Shown here in pieces: positions 8,065-15,257 of a stretch of 20,030 nucleotides of DNA. A program made the translations under genes and the position numbers. A model generated the notes under the pieces. It ran no database searches. It was not told where the DNA came from and was given only the letters and a program-made list of their open reading frames with translations. The first letter of the stretch is position 1. The number at the start of each line of letters is the position of its first letter. The stretch comes from Candidatus Altiarchaeota archaeon (lineage in GTDB: Archaea; Altiarchaeota; Altiarchaeia; IMC4; SCGC-AAA252-I15): positions 1 to 20,030 of the forward strand of contig JAZDMS010000042.1 in NCBI GenBank assembly GCA_043800705.1, read 5' to 3'.

Positions 8065-8260
8065 TTTCGTCCCTCAGGCCTTCGAATGAGACCCCCTTGA
8101 CAAAACCGCGCATCGATTTCATCCCACGCAACGGAACCAGATGTATGAGGCCTTCGCTTTCCACGACCGCCAGCTTCTCCCCCGGCCGGATGGACATATG
8201 CTCCCTGACCTCCTTCGGGACCACGATCTGGAATTTCGACGAAACCGTCACAAAAGACAT
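8048..8260 (-). CDS. vapB: AbrB/MazE/SpoVT-family antitoxin
   Basis: MSFVTVSSKFQIVVPKEVREHMSIRPGEKL is a typical AbrB fold. ATG 8260 follows GAAGGTG, and the gene lies upstream of and overlaps vapC. Confidence 0.93.
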   Translation of the reverse strand: MSFVTVSSKFQIVVPKEVREHMSIRPGEKLAVVESEGLIHLVPLRGMKSMRGFVKGVSFEGLRDESERFD

Positions 8261-8296
8261 AAGCACACCTTCGTAAAACATATATGGCATCGATAA

Positions 8297-8308
8297 TATA
8301 AATGCTTT
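8297..8308 (-). promoter_or_regulatory. Putative BRE/TATA promoter of vapBC
   Basis: Minus strand AAAGCATTTATA in an AT-rich spacer about 37 nt upstream of ATG 8260. Confidence 0.5.
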
Positions 8309-8312
8309 ACTA

Positions 8313-9161
8313 TTAGACTATCGATGGTATTTTCGACTCGCAGGGGACGCCACACTGGCAGAGGCCGCATGCGGCCGTCTTGAGGCCGTATCTTTCCAGC
8401 GCATATTCTGATGCGGCCCCGTTGACATATTCCCTGCATTTCACTTTGTCGTGGCCTTTTTCCGTTATAGCCCCTGCGGGGCATCTTCCTGCGCAGGCGA
8501 CGCATTTTTCGGCCTGGAAAAATAGGCAATTCTCCCTGTGGTCCTTGAAGCGCCGCCCATTAGGCTTAAGCTTCATGTCGGTGATGGCGCTGCCGATCCT
8601 CACCGCTATCCCCTTCTCGGTTATGAAGCCGTCGCTCAGGCTGAACGTCCCCAAGCCCGCGGCATAGGCGGCATGCCGTTCGCTCCAGTTGGAGGCTCTG
8701 CCGACATTGTCGTCGAAAAGCGTCTCGAACCTGTCGGAGGCGGCGGATGCTACTGCCTTGAATCCGTCGCGCGTAAGCAGCTTCACCACCCGATGCCTCA
8801 ACAGTTGGTTGAATCTCTCGCCATACAGTTTGGTCAGCGCCCACCGCCGGGACGGATACCCCATCTCCTCGCGGTTGCTTATCCTCGTCGCCTCGGTTAT
8901 GGGCAGAGCCCAGCATATTACCGAACCGCTGTCGAATCTTTCGCCAGGATATGTTTTTCCAAGCCACTCGAGTGGGGTGGAGTGGAAGCCGCCGATTATT
9001 CGCTTATAGTCCTGGAATATCCCGTCTCTTGCGTCTGCGAAGCCGATGACCGGCTCGTCAAAGATGCGCTCGCCCTGGAAACCGGGCATCATATTGCCTG
9101 CATCACCTGCAACAAAAGCCGTTATCTCAGCTCTAAGTTCACGTTCGTCCACGCCGGACAA
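8313..9161 (-). CDS. Epoxyqueuosine reductase (QueG)/reductive dehalogenase-like 2x[4Fe-4S] protein
   Basis: SERHAAYAAGLGTFSLSDGFITEKGIAVRIGSAITD, plus Cys clusters C-x7-CVACAGRCP and KC...ACGLCQCGVPC. The TTG start is uncertain. Confidence 0.85.
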   Translation of the reverse strand: MSGVDERELRAEITAFVAGDAGNMMPGFQGERIFDEPVIGFADARDGIFQDYKRIIGGFHSTPLEWLGKTYPGERFDSGSVICWALPITEATRISNREEMGYPSRRWALTKLYGERFNQLLRHRVVKLLTRDGFKAVASAASDRFETLFDDNVGRASNWSERHAAYAAGLGTFSLSDGFITEKGIAVRIGSAITDMKLKPNGRRFKDHRENCLFFQAEKCVACAGRCPAGAITEKGHDKVKCREYVNGAASEYALERYGLKTAACGLCQCGVPCESKIPSIV

Positions 9162-9171
9162 CCTCGCAAGA

Positions 9172-9657
9172 TTAAACCACTTTTCCTCCCTGGTATTTTC
9201 CGTCGTAGAGCGCGGTTTCTCCCGACACTTCCTCGAACACTATCTGCGCGATCCTCGCTCCGCGTTCGATGGTGAAGTCCCGCATGGAGAGGTTCTTGAG
9301 GCCGAATGTGAGGGTTCCCCTGAATCCTGGGTCTACGACGGCGTTGAAGAGGCTGCATCCGCATCTGAAGAGCGTAGAGCGGTTGAGGACCCTGGCCATG
9401 ACGTCCGGGGGCATCTTGACCTTCTCCAGCGTCTCGACGAGGACGTATTCGCCCGGCGGGATAGCGTATTTCTCGAACATGATCTCCTGCACGTCCGGGG
9501 TCTTCCTGTCATTTACCCCCAGGCGGCTGTCGGATTCGAGGGAATATATCCTGTCGACCCTGAGGTCGTATCCGGCGCCGCCGAGGCAGTCTATGGTGAA
9601 GTTCTCGATGAGGCCGCCTTCGACGAGGCGCAGGATCCTCTGCCTGCCCAATATCAT
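9172..9657 (-). CDS. dcd: dCTP deaminase/dUTPase family protein (likely dUTPase activity)
   Basis: Motifs GYDLRV, IPPGEYVLVETLEKVKMP, NRSTLFRCG, VDPGFRG, GARIAQIVF and YDGKYQ. Start moved to ATG 9657 (MILGRQRI) because the longer ORF overlaps the divergent gene. Confidence 0.9.
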   Translation of the reverse strand: MILGRQRILRLVEGGLIENFTIDCLGGAGYDLRVDRIYSLESDSRLGVNDRKTPDVQEIMFEKYAIPPGEYVLVETLEKVKMPPDVMARVLNRSTLFRCGCSLFNAVVDPGFRGTLTFGLKNLSMRDFTIERGARIAQIVFEEVSGETALYDGKYQGGKVV

Positions 9658-9689
9658 GGGATTTATTCTGGCTGATGATAATATATACC
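9658..9689. promoter_or_regulatory. 32-bp divergent promoter region
   Basis: TTTATT (+, 9662-9667) lies about 23 nt before ATG 9690. TATATATT (-, 9687-9680) lies about 23 nt before ATG 9657. Confidence 0.45.
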
Positions 9690-12095
9690 ATGCGGTCGAG
9701 GGTTTTCGCGTCGTCCATAGCTCTGCTAATACTTCTTGGCACATGCGCCTGCGCCCAGGACTACATGGGCCTCCTCTGGAACCAGACCGTGAAGGAGATA
9801 CTCTCCGACATCGACGTCGGAGACGTCAACGGCGACGGGAGACTGGAGGTCGCGGTGTCCGGGTCGTCCGACGGCCTCGTCTACCTCTTCGACTCCGCAG
9901 GAAACGCCCTGTGGAAGAGGGACGTAGCATCCTACATAAACGCAGTCAAGGTGGCCGACCTGGACGGCGACGGGAGGGCCGAAGTCGTCACAGGCCACGC
10001 CGACATGTATGTGTTCAACAGCACGGGCTCGAGGGTCGGCCAGTTCAGCACCCAGAACGGAGTGTTTCAGATCAAGGCAGCGGACGTCAGCGGAGACGGG
10101 AAGAACGACATAATCCTCGCATCATACGACAAGGGGTCCTGCGATAACGGCTTCATCTACGCCCTCGACTGCAGCGGCAACTCCGCGGGCGTGCCGTGCA
10201 GGCAGCTTTGGAAATACGACGTCGGAAAAAGCATCCCCTTCGACTTCGACGTGGCTGACTACGACGGCGACGGAAGGAAGGAGATCGCGGTCGGGCTCGT
10301 CTATCGCGCATCCGGATCTAACAAGATGAGCGGGTGCGAGAAGGTTTTCAACAAGCCCTCCGCAGTCCAGGTGCTAAAAAGCGACGGCACGCTGCTCTGG
10401 CAGTATCAGACGGCCTCCGGGATAATGGCGGTGGGCTCGGGGGACATAAGGGGCGACGGAAAGAAGGCGATTGTCGCAGGGGGGTACCCGGACCTGTATG
10501 TCATCTCATCAGACGGCAAGCTCCTGTGGAGCGACTCCAAGACCGCATTGAGCTATGTGCAGTCGGTCGCGGTCGCGGACCTGTACGGCGACAACAGGAG
10601 CGAGGTGTTGGCGGGCTCGAACAAGCTCACCGTCTACGACGACCAGGGGAAGATGCTCTGGAGCGGCGACACAGACTCCCGCGTATATTCCCTGGCAGCC
10701 GGGGACATCGACCATACGGGAATCCCCTCGATAATCGTCGGCTCATCATCCATATTCGTGTTCGACGGGAAGGGGGCTCAGCGGTGGAAGAGCCCGTCCC
10801 ACACGTCATACGGCTTCGTGAGGGTGGCTGACATCGACGGGAACGGGTACGGGGACGTCATATCCGGGTCGGTCAAGGGCGTATACGCCTTCCAGACCAT
10901 GGAATACGCGAAAAGGGTCAGAGCAGACGAGCTTTACAAACAGGCCATAATACTGGCAACCACGAATCCGACCCTGGCTGTCGAGAAGATGAGGGAGGCC
11001 CGCAACCTGTACGGGGAGCTGAACATGATGGACAAGGTCTCGGACACCATCAACCAGATCGCCAGGCTCACGGACACCACTGGAAAGGCAGGCGACCTCA
11101 TGGCCGGGGCGGAATCCGACCTCAACATGTCCAAGGCCCTACTGGCGGCCGGAGACCACATCAACGCCTCCAAATATGCGATGTCCGCGCGCGACATGTA
11201 CAATGCTCCGCAGGTGAACAACAAGGTGAAGGCCGCCGAGGCGGATGAAATAATCGCGCTGGCGAAGGTCGTCCTCGCAGGCAACGCCTCCGACGAGCTG
11301 ATGCTGGCTAACGAGTCCTATCATATGCGCGACTACAACGCATCATTGGCCCACGCACTGAAGGCGCAGGAGTATTTCGACTTCATAGGCGACATGGAGC
11401 GCAGGCAGAAGGCGGCGGAGGTCGCATACGGCCTGAGGGAGCTGATGGGGCTGAACCCGAAAAACCAGACCACGGACCTAATCCTTAACGACCTTTACGG
11501 CCTGCCTCAGAAGCTGAAGGGCCTAAGCCCCATGCTCCTCGTGCTGGTCATTCTAGCGGCGGCCATCGTCGTTATGATGTTCGCAGTGACGCTCTACTTC
11601 TGGCGCCTGTCCCGCAGGAAGACGCTCAATCTGGAAAATCTCCACAAGACCCGCTACCCCAAGGACGAGGAAATCCCGAAGGCCCAGGAAGAACCGCTCT
11701 CCCATAGACGGGAGCTTCAAACGAAGGTCGAAAAATACAGGACCACGCAGGAGGACGAATACAAATCCATGTTTCCCCCGTCTTCAAGGGGGGAACCGAG
11801 CCTCAGGCGGATACCGCCGGCGGAGAGGCATAAGCCGGCAGACGCGGAAAAAAAGCCAGCCAAACCGCTGCCGGAAGAGGCTTCCAGGCCCGCCTTGCAG
11901 GGAAGGCCCGCAGACATGCCGCGGCCCGCAAGGACGTTCGAACCTCCGGTCCGGGTCCCGGAGAAAAAACAGCAACAGGCTCCAGAAGCCCAAACTCCGC
12001 TTGCGCCCAACAAGGGCATAGTGAAGATGCGCATCTGCAGGCGGGGGCTGTGCCTGAAGACGAAGCCTATAAGAAAGTCCGTCCGCGGCTTTTAA
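9690..12095 (+). CDS. Membrane-anchored FG-GAP/VCBS-repeat beta-propeller protein (signal peptide, 8 repeats, helical stalk, TM, Pro-rich tail)
   Basis: Signal MRSRVFASSIALLILLGTCACA. Eight DxD/NGDG-type motifs: GDVNGDG, ADLDGDG, ADVSGDG, ADYDGDG, GDIRGDG, ADLYGDN, GDIDHTG, ADIDGNG. TM helix at about 11532-11603 followed by RLSRRK. Confidence 0.88.
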   Translation: MRSRVFASSIALLILLGTCACAQDYMGLLWNQTVKEILSDIDVGDVNGDGRLEVAVSGSSDGLVYLFDSAGNALWKRDVASYINAVKVADLDGDGRAEVVTGHADMYVFNSTGSRVGQFSTQNGVFQIKAADVSGDGKNDIILASYDKGSCDNGFIYALDCSGNSAGVPCRQLWKYDVGKSIPFDFDVADYDGDGRKEIAVGLVYRASGSNKMSGCEKVFNKPSAVQVLKSDGTLLWQYQTASGIMAVGSGDIRGDGKKAIVAGGYPDLYVISSDGKLLWSDSKTALSYVQSVAVADLYGDNRSEVLAGSNKLTVYDDQGKMLWSGDTDSRVYSLAAGDIDHTGIPSIIVGSSSIFVFDGKGAQRWKSPSHTSYGFVRVADIDGNGYGDVISGSVKGVYAFQTMEYAKRVRADELYKQAIILATTNPTLAVEKMREARNLYGELNMMDKVSDTINQIARLTDTTGKAGDLMAGAESDLNMSKALLAAGDHINASKYAMSARDMYNAPQVNNKVKAAEADEIIALAKVVLAGNASDELMLANESYHMRDYNASLAHALKAQEYFDFIGDMERRQKAAEVAYGLRELMGLNPKNQTTDLILNDLYGLPQKLKGLSPMLLVLVILAAAIVVMMFAVTLYFWRLSRRKTLNLENLHKTRYPKDEEIPKAQEEPLSHRRELQTKVEKYRTTQEDEYKSMFPPSSRGEPSLRRIPPAERHKPADAEKKPAKPLPEEASRPALQGRPADMPRPARTFEPPVRVPEKKQQQAPEAQTPLAPNKGIVKMRICRRGLCLKTKPIRKSVRGF

Positions 12096-12131
12096 ACGGC
12101 GAAGACCAATATTGCAAGGGAGTGATAAACC

Positions 12132-12338
12132 GTGAATTTCACCAGAATCCTGGCCGTCCTGCCGCTGATAGCGTATCCGGCAGCCGCTGAATCGGTGCCC
12201 CTGTTTGCGGGAATCGAAGCCCACATAGGCCTGATACTGCTCATAGTCTCCGTCGTGATCATACTCCTGTTGATACTGATGATCCTATACCTCCACAGCA
12301 TAGCCGAACACCTCAACTGGATACGGCGGATACGATAG
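12132..12338 (+). CDS. Small membrane protein (signal-like N-terminus plus one TM helix)
   Basis: GTG start after GGGAGTGA. Segment HIGLILLIVSVVIILLLILMILYL followed by a basic C-terminus WIRRIR. Confidence 0.6.
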   Translation: MNFTRILAVLPLIAYPAAAESVPLFAGIEAHIGLILLIVSVVIILLLILMILYLHSIAEHLNWIRRIR

Positions 12339-12408
12339 CGCCTCCGGATCCGGATTATCTTTTCCCATCGTCGGCATTTTTATTCTCTTTTGCGTATACT
12401 TATTCTCG

Positions 12409-12648
12409 GTGGTTGTGTTGGTTGTCAGAAAGGTTTTAACTTGTGAGACTAGGCTTGAGCGCGCCGGCAAGAGGCAGACCGTCTACGACATAATCCACGG
12501 CCTGCACGAGCTTAACACCACCAGTCTCAGGGCGGAAGCGCAGCGGCGGAAGATCGAATCGGTCGAACTCAAGGAGATAATCGTCGAACTGAGGCAGAAA
12601 GGCCTGATATATTCCCCGAAGCCGGGGATGTTCACCTGCGTCGACTAG
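12409..12648 (+). CDS. Small winged-helix protein resembling the archaeal MCM C-terminal domain
   Basis: VYDIIHGL...LRAEAQRRKI...LKEIIVELRQKGLIYSPKPG. Start uncertain (GTG 12409 or 12415, or TTG 12418 after GGTGG). Confidence 0.6.
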   Translation: MVVLVVRKVLTCETRLERAGKRQTVYDIIHGLHELNTTSLRAEAQRRKIESVELKEIIVELRQKGLIYSPKPGMFTCVD

Positions 12649-15257
12649 AGCGAGCTCAGCTTCGTCGTCGGCTTCTCATCATCCCCCTTTTCCTCGCCCC
12701 TTCTCAGTATCGCGATGATCCTCCTGGCCGCGGTATCCAGGAAGTAGAGACACAATGCGAGGGCGCCGAAGTATGCCCAGAGGTCCTGCGGATCCCTTAT
12801 CTCCAGCGTGGACGTCTCCTTCAGCCTTGAGATGATGTCATCGGCCATCGCGGTCGCTTCGGCCTCGGTGTACACCCTTGAGCCCGTGGTTGCTGCAATG
12901 CGCCTGAGGGTGTCTTCGTCTATCCCAAGGGGGGAATATTCCCCCGGGTAGTTGACTGCCACGGCGTCGAGGTCCTGTTTCGGCTCGAGCCTGGCTATTA
13001 TTCCGTAGAAGCCGAGGTCCTTCGGCATGAACGATCCGGTGTAGCTGTTCAGGGACGTCCTCGTCAGCAGCACCAGCGGCGCGTCGCCGGTCGCTGCGTT
13101 CTTGGCTTCCGCATGCGGCAAAGCAGGCGCCTTGACCTGTAGTAAGACCGGGTTTCCGAGGCTTGCGTCCTGGGAGCTGATCCTGATGGCTTTGCCTTTC
13201 TCCAGGTCCCCGATGATCCAGTTCGTCATCGCCGATACGACTTTGCCTGAGTCGACTGATATGAGGTCCTGCCCCCATTGTAGGCCGTTGTCGGAGGTGA
13301 GAGCCGCGACCCTGCCGAGGCCGAAGTTCCATACCGTCAGTATGGGTTTTCCGCCCTTGGTGGAAAGCAGCATCTGTGCGACGCTCTTTTCGTGGACCTT
13401 GTTGAATCCGCTCACAGCCGTCCCCTTCTCCTGAAGATCGGGCAGGCTGCGGGTTATGTAGTGGTAGTCGTCGGTCATCACGACCGGTGTCGTGTCCTTG
13501 GTCTTGTCGTCCGCCTGGTCGCCGAAGACGATCTTCAGCCTGTTGTCCGGGTTTGATTTAAGGCTGAAGTACTGTCCCCCCCCGGCGCGTGCCATATCGT
13601 CCATGAATTGTTCGTCGGTGTCGAAGCCGACCCCCACCGTGAACGTCTTTATGCCTTCGTCCTTCATCTGCCCGACCCTGTCGATCGCCATCTGCATCCT
13701 CGTGCTCCTGATGACTCCGTCGGATATGATTATGAGGTACTTGTCCACGGTCTTTCCCCTGAGGTCGGATTCCGCGGCCTCGATGGCCGACTGTATGTCG
13801 GTGCCTCCGCCGAACCTGAGCTCCCTTATGGTCTGCCATGTGTCGTCGAACTTCGGGCCGAGCGGGGTGAGGGGTGTCACGACGTAGGGGTTCGTGTTGA
13901 ATGCGTAGACGCCGACTGAGTCGTTCGCGTTCAGGGCGGAGAGCATCCTGAGCGCCACCGCCTTTTCGACGTCTATCTTGGAGTCCGCTCCGGTGCCGTA
14001 TTCCGTGCTCTCCGACACGTCTATGAGGAAGACGATCGCGAAGTCCCTCCTGCGCTCGACGGGCTTGTCCGTGCTCTTCACAGGCAGTATGTTCTCGACG
14101 AAGCTGTTGTTGTAGCCTCCGTATTCGAAGCTGTTCCTGCCGCCTATGAAGGCGACGCCGTTGCCCTCCTCCATCACGTACTTCCTTATCCTGTTCACGA
14201 TGTTCCGATCGAAGTCCTTTTCGTTGATGTTGTCGAATATGAGCCCCGCATACTTGCCGTAGTCGTTATCCACCTGCCTGGTGACCTCGACCTCGTAGAG
14301 CTTCTTGAGGGCGTCTAGCATCGGCGAGGACGAGTTCCCGGTCACATACAGGATCTTCGGCTTTTCGACGACCTTGACGGTCTTGTAGTAGACGTCGTTC
14401 TCTGGAAAACCCCTGCCGCCGGTGTCCAGTTCGACTTTTATCTCGTGCACCCCGATGTCCTTGATGCTCAGGATCAGCGGAATGTCCTTGAGGGGTTCGG
14501 CCTGCTTGTAGGGTTGCTGGTTGTAGAACCTCCGTATGCCGTCGACGTATACGTTGATGTCGTATGAGACCTCGCGATCCGCGGTGCTGGCGATCCTTAA
14601 AAGGAGGTCGTATTTCGTGTTCGCCGGGATCTTTTTGTCGCCCACCGCGGCCTGGATGTAGATGTCGTCCGCCTTTTTGGCGGGTTTCAAGGAGTATATC
14701 GTGGAATTGGTCTGTGCAAGGACCTTGGCCATGTCCACCGGATTCCTGCCGTGGTTGTTCTGTCCGTCGGAGATGACGACCATAGTCATGGGCTGCCCCC
14801 CATACTGGACCATATTGTGGTATATCGCGTCCCCAATGGCGGTCCTGTTGCCGTCGGAGACGTACTCTATCTTGACATTCTGGGTGCTCCCAGTCAGGTT
14901 CCCGACCTGGGTCTTGATCCTGTCGTATATCGCGTATCCGGTGTTCGGGGCGTCGGGGTACAGGCGCATGCTCGGCGAGGAGTCCAGGAGCACGGTTATG
15001 GGGTGTGCGTCGTCGACGGTCTTGTGCGTCTTGTAATAGAGGGGGGACGCCAGCGCCATGGCCACCAGCAGGATTATCACCGACCGGACCAGGAGGAAGC
15101 CGATCCTTGTTTTGGTCGCTTTGCCCCTGAGGAGGTAGGCCGCGAAAAAGGCGAGAAGCGGCAGGAGTATGAGCAGGTACTCGGGGTACATGAAGCCCGC
15201 AGGCGTGCCGAAGAGGTCGAACTCTATCTTTGCCGCGGCGATCGACTCGTTCATCAT
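12645..15257 (-). CDS. Membrane-anchored double-VWA protein with Ig-like and GATase-like modules
   Basis: Two N-terminal TM helices. VWA1 LLDSSPSM...VISDG. GGRNSFEYGGY...LPV and WNFGLGRVAALTSD segments. VWA2 LIDVSEST, GGGTD, IISDG, TVGVG, GGGQYF. C-terminal TM. Confidence 0.9.
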   Translation of the reverse strand: MMNESIAAAKIEFDLFGTPAGFMYPEYLLILLPLLAFFAAYLLRGKATKTRIGFLLVRSVIILLVAMALASPLYYKTHKTVDDAHPITVLLDSSPSMRLYPDAPNTGYAIYDRIKTQVGNLTGSTQNVKIEYVSDGNRTAIGDAIYHNMVQYGGQPMTMVVISDGQNNHGRNPVDMAKVLAQTNSTIYSLKPAKKADDIYIQAAVGDKKIPANTKYDLLLRIASTADREVSYDINVYVDGIRRFYNQQPYKQAEPLKDIPLILSIKDIGVHEIKVELDTGGRGFPENDVYYKTVKVVEKPKILYVTGNSSSPMLDALKKLYEVEVTRQVDNDYGKYAGLIFDNINEKDFDRNIVNRIRKYVMEEGNGVAFIGGRNSFEYGGYNNSFVENILPVKSTDKPVERRRDFAIVFLIDVSESTEYGTGADSKIDVEKAVALRMLSALNANDSVGVYAFNTNPYVVTPLTPLGPKFDDTWQTIRELRFGGGTDIQSAIEAAESDLRGKTVDKYLIIISDGVIRSTRMQMAIDRVGQMKDEGIKTFTVGVGFDTDEQFMDDMARAGGGQYFSLKSNPDNRLKIVFGDQADDKTKDTTPVVMTDDYHYITRSLPDLQEKGTAVSGFNKVHEKSVAQMLLSTKGGKPILTVWNFGLGRVAALTSDNGLQWGQDLISVDSGKVVSAMTNWIIGDLEKGKAIRISSQDASLGNPVLLQVKAPALPHAEAKNAATGDAPLVLLTRTSLNSYTGSFMPKDLGFYGIIARLEPKQDLDAVAVNYPGEYSPLGIDEDTLRRIAATTGSRVYTEAEATAMADDIISRLKETSTLEIRDPQDLWAYFGALALCLYFLDTAARRIIAILRRGEEKGDDEKPTTKLSSL

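Noticed and set aside
9658-9744. N-terminal extension of the dcd/dut ORF from 9744
   Set aside because: It overlaps the divergent FG-GAP gene, and family similarity begins at MILG (9657).
12343-12365. Palindrome TCCGGATCCGGA followed by a T-rich run
   Set aside because: It could be a terminator, but the stem is too short and a single occurrence is not enough support.
12092-12470. Minus-strand small ORFs 12092-12316 and 12285-12470
   Set aside because: They overlap better-supported plus-strand ORFs and have no recognisable features.
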